Origin: an uncultured Clostridia bacterium
Lineage (GTDB): Bacteria; Bacillota; Clostridia; TANB77; CAG-465
Assembly: GCA_944387375.1 (NCBI GenBank)
Contig: CALXEQ010000003.1
Coordinates: forward strand, 148,969 to 212,968
Direction of reading: 5' to 3'
DNA: 64,000 nucleotides
The position numbers and the translations under genes are program-made. How positions within the stretch are numbered: position 1 is the stretch's first letter; each line of letters opens with the position of its first letter. Under the pieces are notes generated by a model. The model was given only the letters and a program-made list of their open reading frames with translations, was not told the DNA's origin and ran no database searches. Positions 10,079 through 19,450 of this stretch are shown here, piece by piece.

Positions 10079-11659
10079 CTATTTTATATAACTATCTGGC
10101 AAATCATTTTCAAATAACGCTAACAAATTAGTATTACTTACTTGTAATTCTTCTAATTTTCTAAATGCTTCATATAAATCTTTTACCACTATATAATTAC
10201 TATATCCTTTTTCTTTCATTCCCTCTTCAATTTTTTTGGTAGTTACATCTCCAACTAATATAACATAATCTAAAACTGTAGCATATTCTCCTAATTTTTT
10301 ATTTAATTCATCTGTTTTTTCTCCAAGCTCAATCATTCCAGGTGTTACCATTACCTTGTACTTATCTTTAAACATACATAATGTATCTATAGCTGTCTTT
10401 GATCCTTCAGGATTTGAATTAAACGAATCATCAAGAGCAAGTATTCCTCCCATATTTTTTAGCTCCAACCTATGTTCTACTGGTTTTATCTTTTTTACCG
10501 CCTTTTTTATCTCTTCATTAGTCATATTAAGCTCTTTTGCTATTGCAACAGCACATAAAATATTATATATATTATGCTTTCCTAAAAGTCTTGTCTCTAA
10601 AGTAAATTTACTATCTCCATCACATACAGTAAAAATACTTCCTTTATCTGACATCTTAACATCTTCAACCGTATATCTTGCCTCTTTATTATTCATACTA
10701 TATTTTATAACATTTTTACCATTTACATATTTTTTTATTCCATCCTGTATATATTCATTATCTATGTTTAATACTGCTATTGCTTCTTCTTTTGCATTAG
10801 TTATAATTTCAAATTTTCCCTTTTTAATATTTTCCATTGATTTAAAAGTAGTAAGATGTTGAGGACCTATAGTAGTTATTACAGAAATATCTGGTTTTAC
10901 TATTTTACATATATCTTCAATATCTTTTAGTTTAGATGCTCCCATTTCACATACAAAAACTTCTGTATAAGGCTTCACAAGTTCTCTTATAGCTCTTACA
11001 ACACCAAGAGTCGTATTAAAGCTTTTAGGTGTCATAACAGATATATACTTTTCTTCAAGTATTGAATTAACTATATTTTTAGTAGATGTTTTACCATAAC
11101 TTCCAGTTATAGCTATTACCTTTAGTTTTTTATTTTCATTTATTATATTTTTAGCCTCTTTAATATAATGATAGTTTAATAATTTTAATATAGGTAAAGC
11201 AATAACATTTCCCAAAAGCATAATTCCAATTGCTACATACTTATATAAAGAAAGTATTATAAATACAAAGTTTATATATTTAAAATAACTAAAATTACAA
11301 ACTAAATATGTAAATGTAATCAAAATTAAGGCTATAATGCTATATGTTATTTTTACTCTAGATGTATATACAAATTTCTTTTTAGCCACTGGTCTATTAT
11401 TTATAGTTTTGTATGCAACAAAAATCGCAAAAAAAACATATAATATTAAAAAATAACTACTAATAAATGATAAAGCTGAAAATACTAATAATACAATTTC
11501 ATATAACTGTATCTTATATGCTCCCGTTGTCTTTAATGCTGGTGTAAACTCCTCTATCTGATAAAAAGATTGCTGAAATATATGCATAAATTTATTTATA
11601 TTAACTACAATTAATATATTAGTCAATATGTATGCTATTATAACTATTGCTATTTCCAT
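10079..11659 (-). CDS. murF: UDP-N-acetylmuramoyl-tripeptide--D-alanyl-D-alanine ligase (MurF) with ~170-aa N-terminal multi-TM extension
   Basis: Mur ligase P-loop ITGSYGKTSTKN, plus LLGKHNIYNILCAVAIAKELN, PVEHRLE and ALDDSFNSNP, all matching MurF motifs. The first ~170 aa form 4-5 predicted TM helices instead of the usual soluble N-domain. Confidence 0.75.
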   Translation of the reverse strand: MEIAIVIIAYILTNILIVVNINKFMHIFQQSFYQIEEFTPALKTTGAYKIQLYEIVLLVFSALSFISSYFLILYVFFAIFVAYKTINNRPVAKKKFVYTSRVKITYSIIALILITFTYLVCNFSYFKYINFVFIILSLYKYVAIGIMLLGNVIALPILKLLNYHYIKEAKNIINENKKLKVIAITGSYGKTSTKNIVNSILEEKYISVMTPKSFNTTLGVVRAIRELVKPYTEVFVCEMGASKLKDIEDICKIVKPDISVITTIGPQHLTTFKSMENIKKGKFEIITNAKEEAIAVLNIDNEYIQDGIKKYVNGKNVIKYSMNNKEARYTVEDVKMSDKGSIFTVCDGDSKFTLETRLLGKHNIYNILCAVAIAKELNMTNEEIKKAVKKIKPVEHRLELKNMGGILALDDSFNSNPEGSKTAIDTLCMFKDKYKVMVTPGMIELGEKTDELNKKLGEYATVLDYVILVGDVTTKKIEEGMKEKGYSNYIVVKDLYEAFRKLEELQVSNTNLLALFENDLPDSYIK

Positions 11660-12442
11660 TTAATCACACTCCTCTAAAAATTTATATAGCACTCTAATAA
11701 ATTGATTATAATTGTCCAAATAACTATAATGTCCTGCTCCTTTAAGTATAACAAGTCCAGAGTCTTTTATCATTTTCTCCATAATTCTTCCATCAGATAA
11801 AGGTGTATCTGTATCATTTTCTCCCCAAATTAAAAGTGTAGGTACATTAATACTAGGCAGATATTTTCTTAAATCTTCATTTACCGTATTTTTAAATACT
11901 TCTCGCATTGTTAAAGAAGCATTTTTATAGTCTTGAGATCCAACTTTTGATCTATATTTTTCTATTATTTTATATGATTTCTTTTTTCCAAGTATAATCT
12001 TTAACATATTTCTTGCAAATTTATATGAATAAACCTTTATATAATATTTTAAAGATCTCTTAGGTCTTATTCCCGCGCTATCTATTAATATGATTTTTTT
12101 AGGAATAAATTTTAATGCACCAACTAATTTAATTATTACTCTTCCACCAAACGAATGACCTATTAAAACTACATTTTCTAACTTTAATTTATTTATAAAT
12201 TCTAAGACTATCTTAGAATAATCTTCGACCATATAATCTTTAGATGGTTCATCACTTAGTCCAAATCCCGGCAAATCTATAGCATATACATTATATTTTT
12301 TAGATACTTCATTTATAACTGGTATAAAAGAATTAATATTTGCACCCCATCCATGAAGAAATATAATATTTGTTTTACTACCTACTTCTCTTTTTATATA
12401 ATTAATTTTTAAATTATTTATTAATATATCCACATAATCCAC
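11660..12442 (-). CDS. Alpha/beta-fold hydrolase
   Basis: 260 aa with HGWGANINSF and the nucleophile elbow GHSFGG. It abuts murF and alr with 0-nt gaps. Confidence 0.65.
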   Translation of the reverse strand: MDYVDILINNLKINYIKREVGSKTNIIFLHGWGANINSFIPVINEVSKKYNVYAIDLPGFGLSDEPSKDYMVEDYSKIVLEFINKLKLENVVLIGHSFGGRVIIKLVGALKFIPKKIILIDSAGIRPKRSLKYYIKVYSYKFARNMLKIILGKKKSYKIIEKYRSKVGSQDYKNASLTMREVFKNTVNEDLRKYLPSINVPTLLIWGENDTDTPLSDGRIMEKMIKDSGLVILKGAGHYSYLDNYNQFIRVLYKFLEECD

Positions 12443-13540
12443 CTACTCTATTACTCTTTCTATTCTACTTGAAAGACAAGATATAAATTCATATACTATC
12501 TTATTAGAAGCTTTAGCTAACTCTTTTAAATCATTTGTATAATCAAAAAAGATAGCTTTGTCTTCCATGCTTATATCTTCTATATCTGTTACATCTACCA
12601 TACACATATCCATACATATATTTCCAACAATAGGACATTTTTTTCCTCTTATTGTTACATACATATTATTAGATAAACTCCTACTTATTCCATCTGCATA
12701 TCCAATTTTTAAAACTGCAATTTTCATATTAGGCTTTGCAATAAATGTACCGTCATATCCAATTTTTTGATATTTTTTTACATCGTTTATATGTAATATT
12801 GGAACTTCAAGCTTAAATATTGGCTTTGTATTTTTTGTATAACCATAAAGCATTAATCCTACTCTTACATGTGTATAATTTATACCTATATCTTTTTTAG
12901 CATAATTTTGTGTACCATCAGAATTTAAAATATGAACATACTTAAAAGATATTTTATCTTTTAATAAATCATATGCCTTTTTAAATTCATTAAATTGAAG
13001 TTTAGTATATTCTTCATCACTATCTGCACAAGACAGATGAGAATATATCCCTTCTATACTTATATTTTTAAAACTTAATATTTTATCTAAGTTATTCTTT
13101 AACTCACAATATATAAACCCTAGTCTAGTCATTCCTGTTTCAACTTTTATATGTACTCTTGCAATTTTCTTCATAGAATTTGCTATAAACTGTATTTGAA
13201 TTAAATTATTAATATCTGATACAGACATTGAAATATCATTTTCTATTGCTACTTCTATTTCGTCTCCAATACATGGAGAGGTAACAAGTATATTTGAATC
13301 TATACCATATTTTCTAAGCCTTATTGCCTCGTCAATATTTGCTACGCCAAAGAAATTAATACCATATTCTTTAAGTAACAAAGCAATTTGTTTATCTCCT
13401 GCACCATATGCATTAGCTTTTAACATAGCAATAATATCTTTTTCTCTTCCTATTTTACTTTTAATATATTCCATATTATACTTTAAATTTTCTTTATTTA
13501 TATATAGCCTTGCCTTCATAAAAATCCTCACTTTTTTCAC
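12443..13540 (-). CDS. alr: Alanine racemase (PLP-dependent)
   Basis: The PLP-lysine motif AMLKANAYGAG (consensus VVKANAYGHG) is present, and 365 aa matches Alr. The true start may be the internal Met (MEYIK) about 60 nt downstream of the first ATG. Confidence 0.8.
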   Translation of the reverse strand: MKKVRIFMKARLYINKENLKYNMEYIKSKIGREKDIIAMLKANAYGAGDKQIALLLKEYGINFFGVANIDEAIRLRKYGIDSNILVTSPCIGDEIEVAIENDISMSVSDINNLIQIQFIANSMKKIARVHIKVETGMTRLGFIYCELKNNLDKILSFKNISIEGIYSHLSCADSDEEYTKLQFNEFKKAYDLLKDKISFKYVHILNSDGTQNYAKKDIGINYTHVRVGLMLYGYTKNTKPIFKLEVPILHINDVKKYQKIGYDGTFIAKPNMKIAVLKIGYADGISRSLSNNMYVTIRGKKCPIVGNICMDMCMVDVTDIEDISMEDKAIFFDYTNDLKELAKASNKIVYEFISCLSSRIERVIE

Positions 13541-13561
13541 AATAATTTTAAAGTGTTAATT

Positions 13562-13590
13562 TTGCTTTATAATCTAAAATATGTTATAAT
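13562..13590 (+). promoter_or_regulatory. Putative sigma-A promoter for the Sel1-repeat gene
   Basis: TTGCTT (13562-13567), a 17-nt spacer, then TGtTATAAT (extended -10, 13582-13590). It lies ~110 nt upstream of the ATG at 13701. Confidence 0.4.
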
Positions 13591-13700
13591 ATTAACACTT
13601 ATATAAACATTATACGCAATAATTTATCTTTTTGCAACACATATTAAACTACAGTTATTTTTTAAAATCCACGCAAAATTCACACAAGTAGGAGGACAAA

Positions 13701-15260
13701 ATGAATAAAAAAAATTATGTTAAACTCAATAACAATAACAGACATTTATCTTTAGGAAATCTATTTAGAATTTTAAAAGAAGAGGCAAATAACAAAAACT
13801 TTACTATTCAGTCAGAAATATTTTGTATTTTATTTGATATAGATTCAATTTCTGATACTACAGTTAATAACTATTGTACAGGTGTACGTGCTATAAATTC
13901 AAAGTATAAAAGTATATATGTTAATTGGAGAAATAAATATAAAAAAGATGAAACAATATTTAAAGATATTATTTTAAATATAATTGCAACTATAGATAGC
14001 AAAAATATTTTCATAACTAGAGATTATTTTAAGCAATCACTAGATGTAATTAATAATAATCAAAAATTTAATAAAGTATGTCTAAGACTATATAATATTT
14101 CTAAAAATGATTTAGAAGTAACAAATGAATTTTCATCTCTTTTAAAAAGATTATTAGATTCTAAAAATTTATATAGATTTTTTATAGAAGTTTTATTTTT
14201 TGTAATATTAGATAAAAAACAACCTGTATATATAGAAGATAAATTTATGGATACTCTAGATGATTTTCTATATTCCTCAGAAGTATCATCTGACGACGCA
14301 ATAGATTTTGTAACAGTTCAATTAAAAGGTGGTCTTTGGTCCATAAGAGGTATTCATGAACTTGCTAAAAAAGGAAATCCTTATGCATGTTTTGAAATGG
14401 GCTCTTTAGAGCTATATGGACAAGTTGCAGGTTACCCCAGATACCAAGAAAGTTTCAATTTTTATAAAATCGCTGCTCAAAAAAAGCACCCAAATGCAAT
14501 TTGGGCTCTTGGACATTTATACTATAATGGATATGTTGGTTCAAAATCTAGAGAAGATATGAAAAAAGCATTTAGATATTTTAATAAAGCAAGAAAAGTA
14601 AATTGTATTGCTGCTATTAATAGTTTAGGAACTGTATTTAAAGAAGGAAATATACCTTTTATACAAAAAGATTTAAAGAAAGCTAAAAAGTTATTTGAAT
14701 TTGCAGCAAATAAAAATTATATATATGCTATGAATAATCTTGGAAAAATGTATGAGGAGGAAGGAGATTTTCAAAAAGCAATATTATTATATAAATCTTC
14801 TGCATCCCAAGGTGAAAGTTGGGCAGCTAATAAACTAGGTGAGATGTATAGACTTGGAATAGGTACTAAGAAAAACTTAAAAAAAGCTTTTGAATATTAT
14901 AATCAAGCTACACAAGCAACAATATATTCAATATGCTTTTGGTCTAAATATAATTTAGCACATTATTTTTATGAAAACGGTGTACCAGAAATTAACATTC
15001 CAAAAGATATTAATAAAAGTATTTCTCTTCTTGAAGAATGTATAAACAATGATATTTATATAGCTTGTGAAGATTTAATATATATTTATTATGATATCTA
15101 TATAGAAACTTCAAATAAAGATTCTCTAAAAAAATGTGAATATTATGCAAATTTATATTTATCTAAAATAAACTGTGATAAAAAAACTTTAGATAAAATA
15201 AACAAAAAACTAGACGAAATCCATGAAAAACAAAAAGCTAAAATTAGTATAAAAAAATAA
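13701..15260 (+). CDS. Sel1-like repeat (SLR/TPR-like) protein with unknown ~230-aa N-terminal domain
   Basis: Strong RBS AGGAGG 7 nt before the ATG. The C-terminal half has multiple Sel1 repeats (AIWALGHLYYNGYVG, AMNNLGKMYEEEGDFQKA, ANKLGEMYRLGIGTKKNLKKAFEYYNQA). It is one of only two clear plus-strand genes in the window. Confidence 0.7.
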   Translation: MNKKNYVKLNNNNRHLSLGNLFRILKEEANNKNFTIQSEIFCILFDIDSISDTTVNNYCTGVRAINSKYKSIYVNWRNKYKKDETIFKDIILNIIATIDSKNIFITRDYFKQSLDVINNNQKFNKVCLRLYNISKNDLEVTNEFSSLLKRLLDSKNLYRFFIEVLFFVILDKKQPVYIEDKFMDTLDDFLYSSEVSSDDAIDFVTVQLKGGLWSIRGIHELAKKGNPYACFEMGSLELYGQVAGYPRYQESFNFYKIAAQKKHPNAIWALGHLYYNGYVGSKSREDMKKAFRYFNKARKVNCIAAINSLGTVFKEGNIPFIQKDLKKAKKLFEFAANKNYIYAMNNLGKMYEEEGDFQKAILLYKSSASQGESWAANKLGEMYRLGIGTKKNLKKAFEYYNQATQATIYSICFWSKYNLAHYFYENGVPEINIPKDINKSISLLEECINNDIYIACEDLIYIYYDIYIETSNKDSLKKCEYYANLYLSKINCDKKTLDKINKKLDEIHEKQKAKISIKK

Positions 15261-15282
15261 TCTGTAGCATACTCACTAAATT

Positions 15283-15320
15283 AAAAGGGTACCTTTTATA
15301 AATACTGGTACCCTATTTAT
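15283..15320 (+). terminator. Putative bidirectional terminator between convergent Sel1 and rpn genes
   Basis: Inverted repeat AGGGTACC (15286-15293) / GGTACCCT (15306-15313) followed by ATTTAT. The loop is long (12 nt), so it is weak. Confidence 0.35.
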
Positions 15321-15428
15321 AATAAAACTAATACACGATTCTTTAAATAGGTACTATACATAGTATAGCATCTATTTAAAAATTATCATAGAAAGTTTAT
15401 TTTAGTTTACACAAACTATTCTACACAC

Positions 15429-16307
15429 TCACATAATAAGACTTTCTATTTCAGATTTGGATAAATTTGTAATTTTTATTATATTTTCAATAGACATATT
15501 ATACTTTAGCATTTGTTTTATTATTTCTTTATTTCTCTCTAATATTCCTTTTTTCTCTCCTTCTTTTATTCCAATTTCTATTCCATCATTTTTTCCATCT
15601 ATATAACCACTGTCTCTTATTGCCATTTCATCTCTTATTGTTCTTTCTCTTATCTCTGCTAATCTTCTTTCTTCTTCACTTTGGTTTATCTCATCTAGTT
15701 TTTCTTTTGCCTTTTTTATATATTTATTTTTCATTTCTTCTCCCTCCATTTCTTCTGGATTTTTTATGAACTTACACCAGTTTAATAATTCTTTGTTTTC
15801 TGTCTCTTTTATATTTTTTATCTTTTCTAATTCTATTATAACTATGTATAACTTATCTGTAAAGTTTAGTTTTGTGTAGTTTTCTTCCATTATTTTCCAT
15901 CTTGTGTAAAACTTATTTACTTCTGTTAAATTACTTAGTTTAAAATCTGCTACTAGTATACATATTACCTTTTGTCCTTTTTCATATCCATATCCATATC
16001 CTTTTCTTATTGTTTTATTATACATTTTTGACCAGTAAAATAATATTCTTTCTGCTATATGTTCACTTTTTACTACTTGCATCTCTATATCAATATTATT
16101 TATTTTATCTGCTACTACTTTTACATCTAGAATTCCTGTTTTTTTATCTATTAAATCTTTTTCAAGTATTGGTGTTGTATCTAAATTTATATCTTCAAAT
16201 TTCAGTCCTGTTGCACACTTTATAAATTCTTTTGTTATATATTCAGAGTCAATACTTCCAAATATTTTTTTAAATACATAATCATTTGTTGGCTTTAATT
16301 TTTTTAT
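15429..16307 (-). pseudogene. Rpn/YhgA-like recombination-promoting nuclease (putative transposase), lacking canonical start codon
   Basis: The tracked ORF (217 aa from M at 16082) has the Rpn C-terminal part. Its in-frame upstream extension encodes the N-terminal signature KLKPTNDYVFKKIFGSIDSEYITKEF, but the frame opens after the stop at 16320-16322 with no ATG/GTG/TTG. Only ATA sits 6 nt after the RBS AGGAGG. Either it uses a non-canonical start or it is a start-codon mutant. Confidence 0.6.
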
Positions 16308-16408
16308 ATAACACCTCCTTTAGTTAAAGCAAGGTTATTATACTCTTTTATATTTTGATTAGCAAACTTTTTTAACTCATTTTTTATAGCAAATTTTAGA
16401 GTTTTTAT

Positions 16409-16446
16409 ATAAAAAAGAAGATAAATTAAAAGTTAATTTATCTTCT
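16409..16446 (-). terminator. Rho-independent terminator downstream of adhesin gene A
   Basis: 14-bp perfect stem AGAAGATAAATTAA / TTAATTTATCTTCT (16416-16429 / 16433-16446) with a 3-nt loop. The A6 run at 16411-16415 gives the U-tract on the minus transcript. Confidence 0.55.
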
Positions 16447-16488
16447 TACTAATATACATTTTAATAATTCTTTTTAAATTAATTATAA

Positions 16489-19450
16489 CTAGTTAATCTT
16501 TCTTTTAAATATTTTACTTATTACATATCCACATACACCTAAAGTTACTATGTACATATATACATTTATATCTCCTGTTTGTGGTGCTTCTTCTATCTTT
16601 CTATAATATACATTTATTACCTGTTCTCCTTCTACTATTTCTACTTTTACAAATTTTTCTCCTACTATTTCATATCCTTCTTTTTCTGGTATTTCTAATT
16701 CATATATATCTCCTGCATATCCTTCTCCATTTATTGTCTCCATTATATTTCCTTCATCATCTATTAAATTTACTACTACTGTTCCTCTTATTCTCTCCAT
16801 TACATATTTTATTACTGTTGTTCCCTCTTTATATACTCCTTCTGTATTTTCTGGTCTTTCTTTTATTCTATAATTTTCTATTTCTTTTTCTTCAACTTTA
16901 TATTCTTCGTCTACTTTTCCTTCCATTTCCTCTTTATATAACTCATTTCCTTCTTCATCTACATATATTACTACTACTGTTCCTATTTTTTTCTCATAGT
17001 AATATTTTACTTCTTTTTCTTGCTCTTCTAATTCTCCTCTTTCTTCTCCTTCTACTCCTACATAATTATACTTTTCTATTTCTTCTTTTTCAGTTATATA
17101 CTTATCTCCTACCAATCCGTCTATTCTATATTCTTTTAATATTTCTCCTGTTTCTTTATCTATATAACTTACCTTTACTCCTCCTGATATTTTCTTATAT
17201 TCATATATTACTTTTGTGTCTTCTCTTGTATATGTTCCTTGTGCATTTTCTGGTATTTTTGATACCTCATATCCTGGCATTTCTTCTGGTATTGTTTGAT
17301 ATTCATTCCCTTCTATTCCTGTTTGTACCTTCGTATATATTTCTTCTTTTGTATTTGCATCTATTCCAACTATTGTTATATTTACTATCTTTCTATAATA
17401 GAATATTTTCTCTTGTGGCTCTACTGTTAAACTTACCTCTTTTTCTTCTGGTCTTTTTGTTAATATATATCCATTAAATGCTTTCTCTTCTAATTTTATT
17501 ACATCATTTTCATTTCCTGTATATTCTTCTGTATCCATTATTTCATTTGTTATCTCATCTACATATTTTACTACTAATCCTTCTGATATTTTCTTATATT
17601 CGTATACTACTATTATATCTTCTCTTCCTACTTCTCCTGTCTTATTTTCTGGCTCTTTTGTTATTGTATATCCTTCTATGGCTTGACCTAACGCCTCGTA
17701 TTTATCCCCTTCTTTATATTTTGTTACTACATCTTCTATAATTGGTTCTCCTGTATTTCCATCTATATGTTTTATTATTACATTTGCTGTTTTTCTATAC
17801 TCATATGTTACTTCTATCTTCTCTACTGTCATTTCTCCATTTGCATTACTTGGTGTTAATACTAACTCATATCCTTCTATTTCTTTTGCTTCTGTTTCAT
17901 ATGGATCTCTTTCTAATCCACTCATCTCTTCTCTTCCTGCTATCTCTTGTCCTGTTACTTGATCTATATATTTTACTTCTACTCCTGCTGATATCTTCTT
18001 ATATTCATATACTACTTCTATATCTTCTCTTCCTACTTCTCCTGATGTATTATCTGTCTTAGATACTAATTCATATCCACCTAATATCTTTTCTTCTGTT
18101 TGATATCTATCTCCCTCTTTATATGTTGTTACTATATCATCTATTATTGATTTTCCAGTATTGGCATCTATATATTTTACTGTTACATCTGATAATTTTC
18201 TATATCCATATGTTACTACTATTTTATCTACTGTCATATGGCCAATTGCATTTTCTGGTCTTACTACTAGTTCATATCCATCTATTTCTTTGGATTGTGT
18301 TTCATAATAGTCATTTTCTAATCCTGTTATATTCTCTGTTGGATATATTATTTCTTTTGTTACTTGATCTATATATCTTACCTCTACTCCTGATGATATC
18401 TTCTTATAATAATACACTACTTCTATATCTTCTCTTTCCACTGTTCCTTCTGTATTATTTGATTTTGATACCATCTTATATCCTTCAAATCCTTTTTCTT
18501 CTGTTGTATATGTATCTCCTTGTTTATATGTATCTACTATCTCTTCTATTATATCGTATCCTGTATTTACATCTATATATCTCGTTGTTACATCAGATAA
18601 TTTCCTATATTCATATGTTACTGTTATTTTATCTACTGTCATCTCTCCACTTGCATTTGAAGGTGTTAATACTAACTCATATCCACTTACTTCTTTTGCT
18701 TGTGTCTCATATGGATCTTTTTCTAATCCTGTCAATGTTTGTCCTGTTACTATCTCTTCTCTTGTTACTTGATCTATATATTTTACTTCTACTCCTCCTG
18801 CTGTCTTTTTATAATAATATACTACTTCTATATTTTCTCTTCCTACTTTTCCTGTTAAATTTCCACTATCTTTTGTATATTCATATCCTTCTATATTTTT
18901 CTTTTCTGTTGTATAAGCATCCCCTTCTTTGTATGTTGTTACTACGTTGTCTACTCCTGGAATTTCTTTTCCTGTATTTTCATCTACATATTTTACTATT
19001 ACATCTGATAGCTTTCTATATTCATATGTTACTGTTATTTTATCTACTGTCATCTCTCCACTTGCATTTGTAGGTGTTAATACTAATTTATATCCGCTTA
19101 CTTCTTTAGCCTCTGTTTCATATGGATCTTTTTCTAGTCCTGTTAGTGTCTCACTTGTTGCTATTTCTTCACCTGTTACTTGATCTATATATTTTACTTC
19201 TACTCCTCCTGCTATTTTCTTGTAATAATATACTACTTCTATATTTTCTCTTCCTACTTTTCCTGTTGTATTTCCACTATCTTTTGTATACTCATATCCT
19301 TCTATGCTTTTCTTTTCTGTTGTATATGCATCCCCTTCTTTATATGTTGTTACTATATTATCTATTCCTGTAATTTCTTTTCCTGTATTTTCATCTACAT
19401 ATTTTACTGTTACATCTGATAGTTTTCTATACTCGTATGTTACTGTTATC
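16489..19450 (-). repeat. ~3-kb block near-identical to 21689-24650 (3' MucBP/anchor region of adhesin A)
   Basis: DNA from the stop codon upward is near-identical to gene B at a constant offset of ~5200-5203 nt. The antisense ORF translations are identical at 17478 vs 22681, 19122 vs 24325 and 19180 vs 24383. Identity breaks near 19450/24650. Confidence 0.8.

Noticed and set aside
9387-10862. Plus-strand ORFs of 177 and 168 aa
   Set aside because: They are antisense to ddl and murF respectively, with Ser/Ile/Phe-rich low-complexity translations typical of the AT-rich antisense frame.
15429-16307. Rpn/YhgA gene as an active IS element or transposon
   Set aside because: I found no terminal inverted repeats or target-site duplications flanking it. 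The Rpn family are chromosomal nuclease paralogues rather than bona fide IS transposases, so it is called a nuclease gene (possibly decaying), not a mobile_element.
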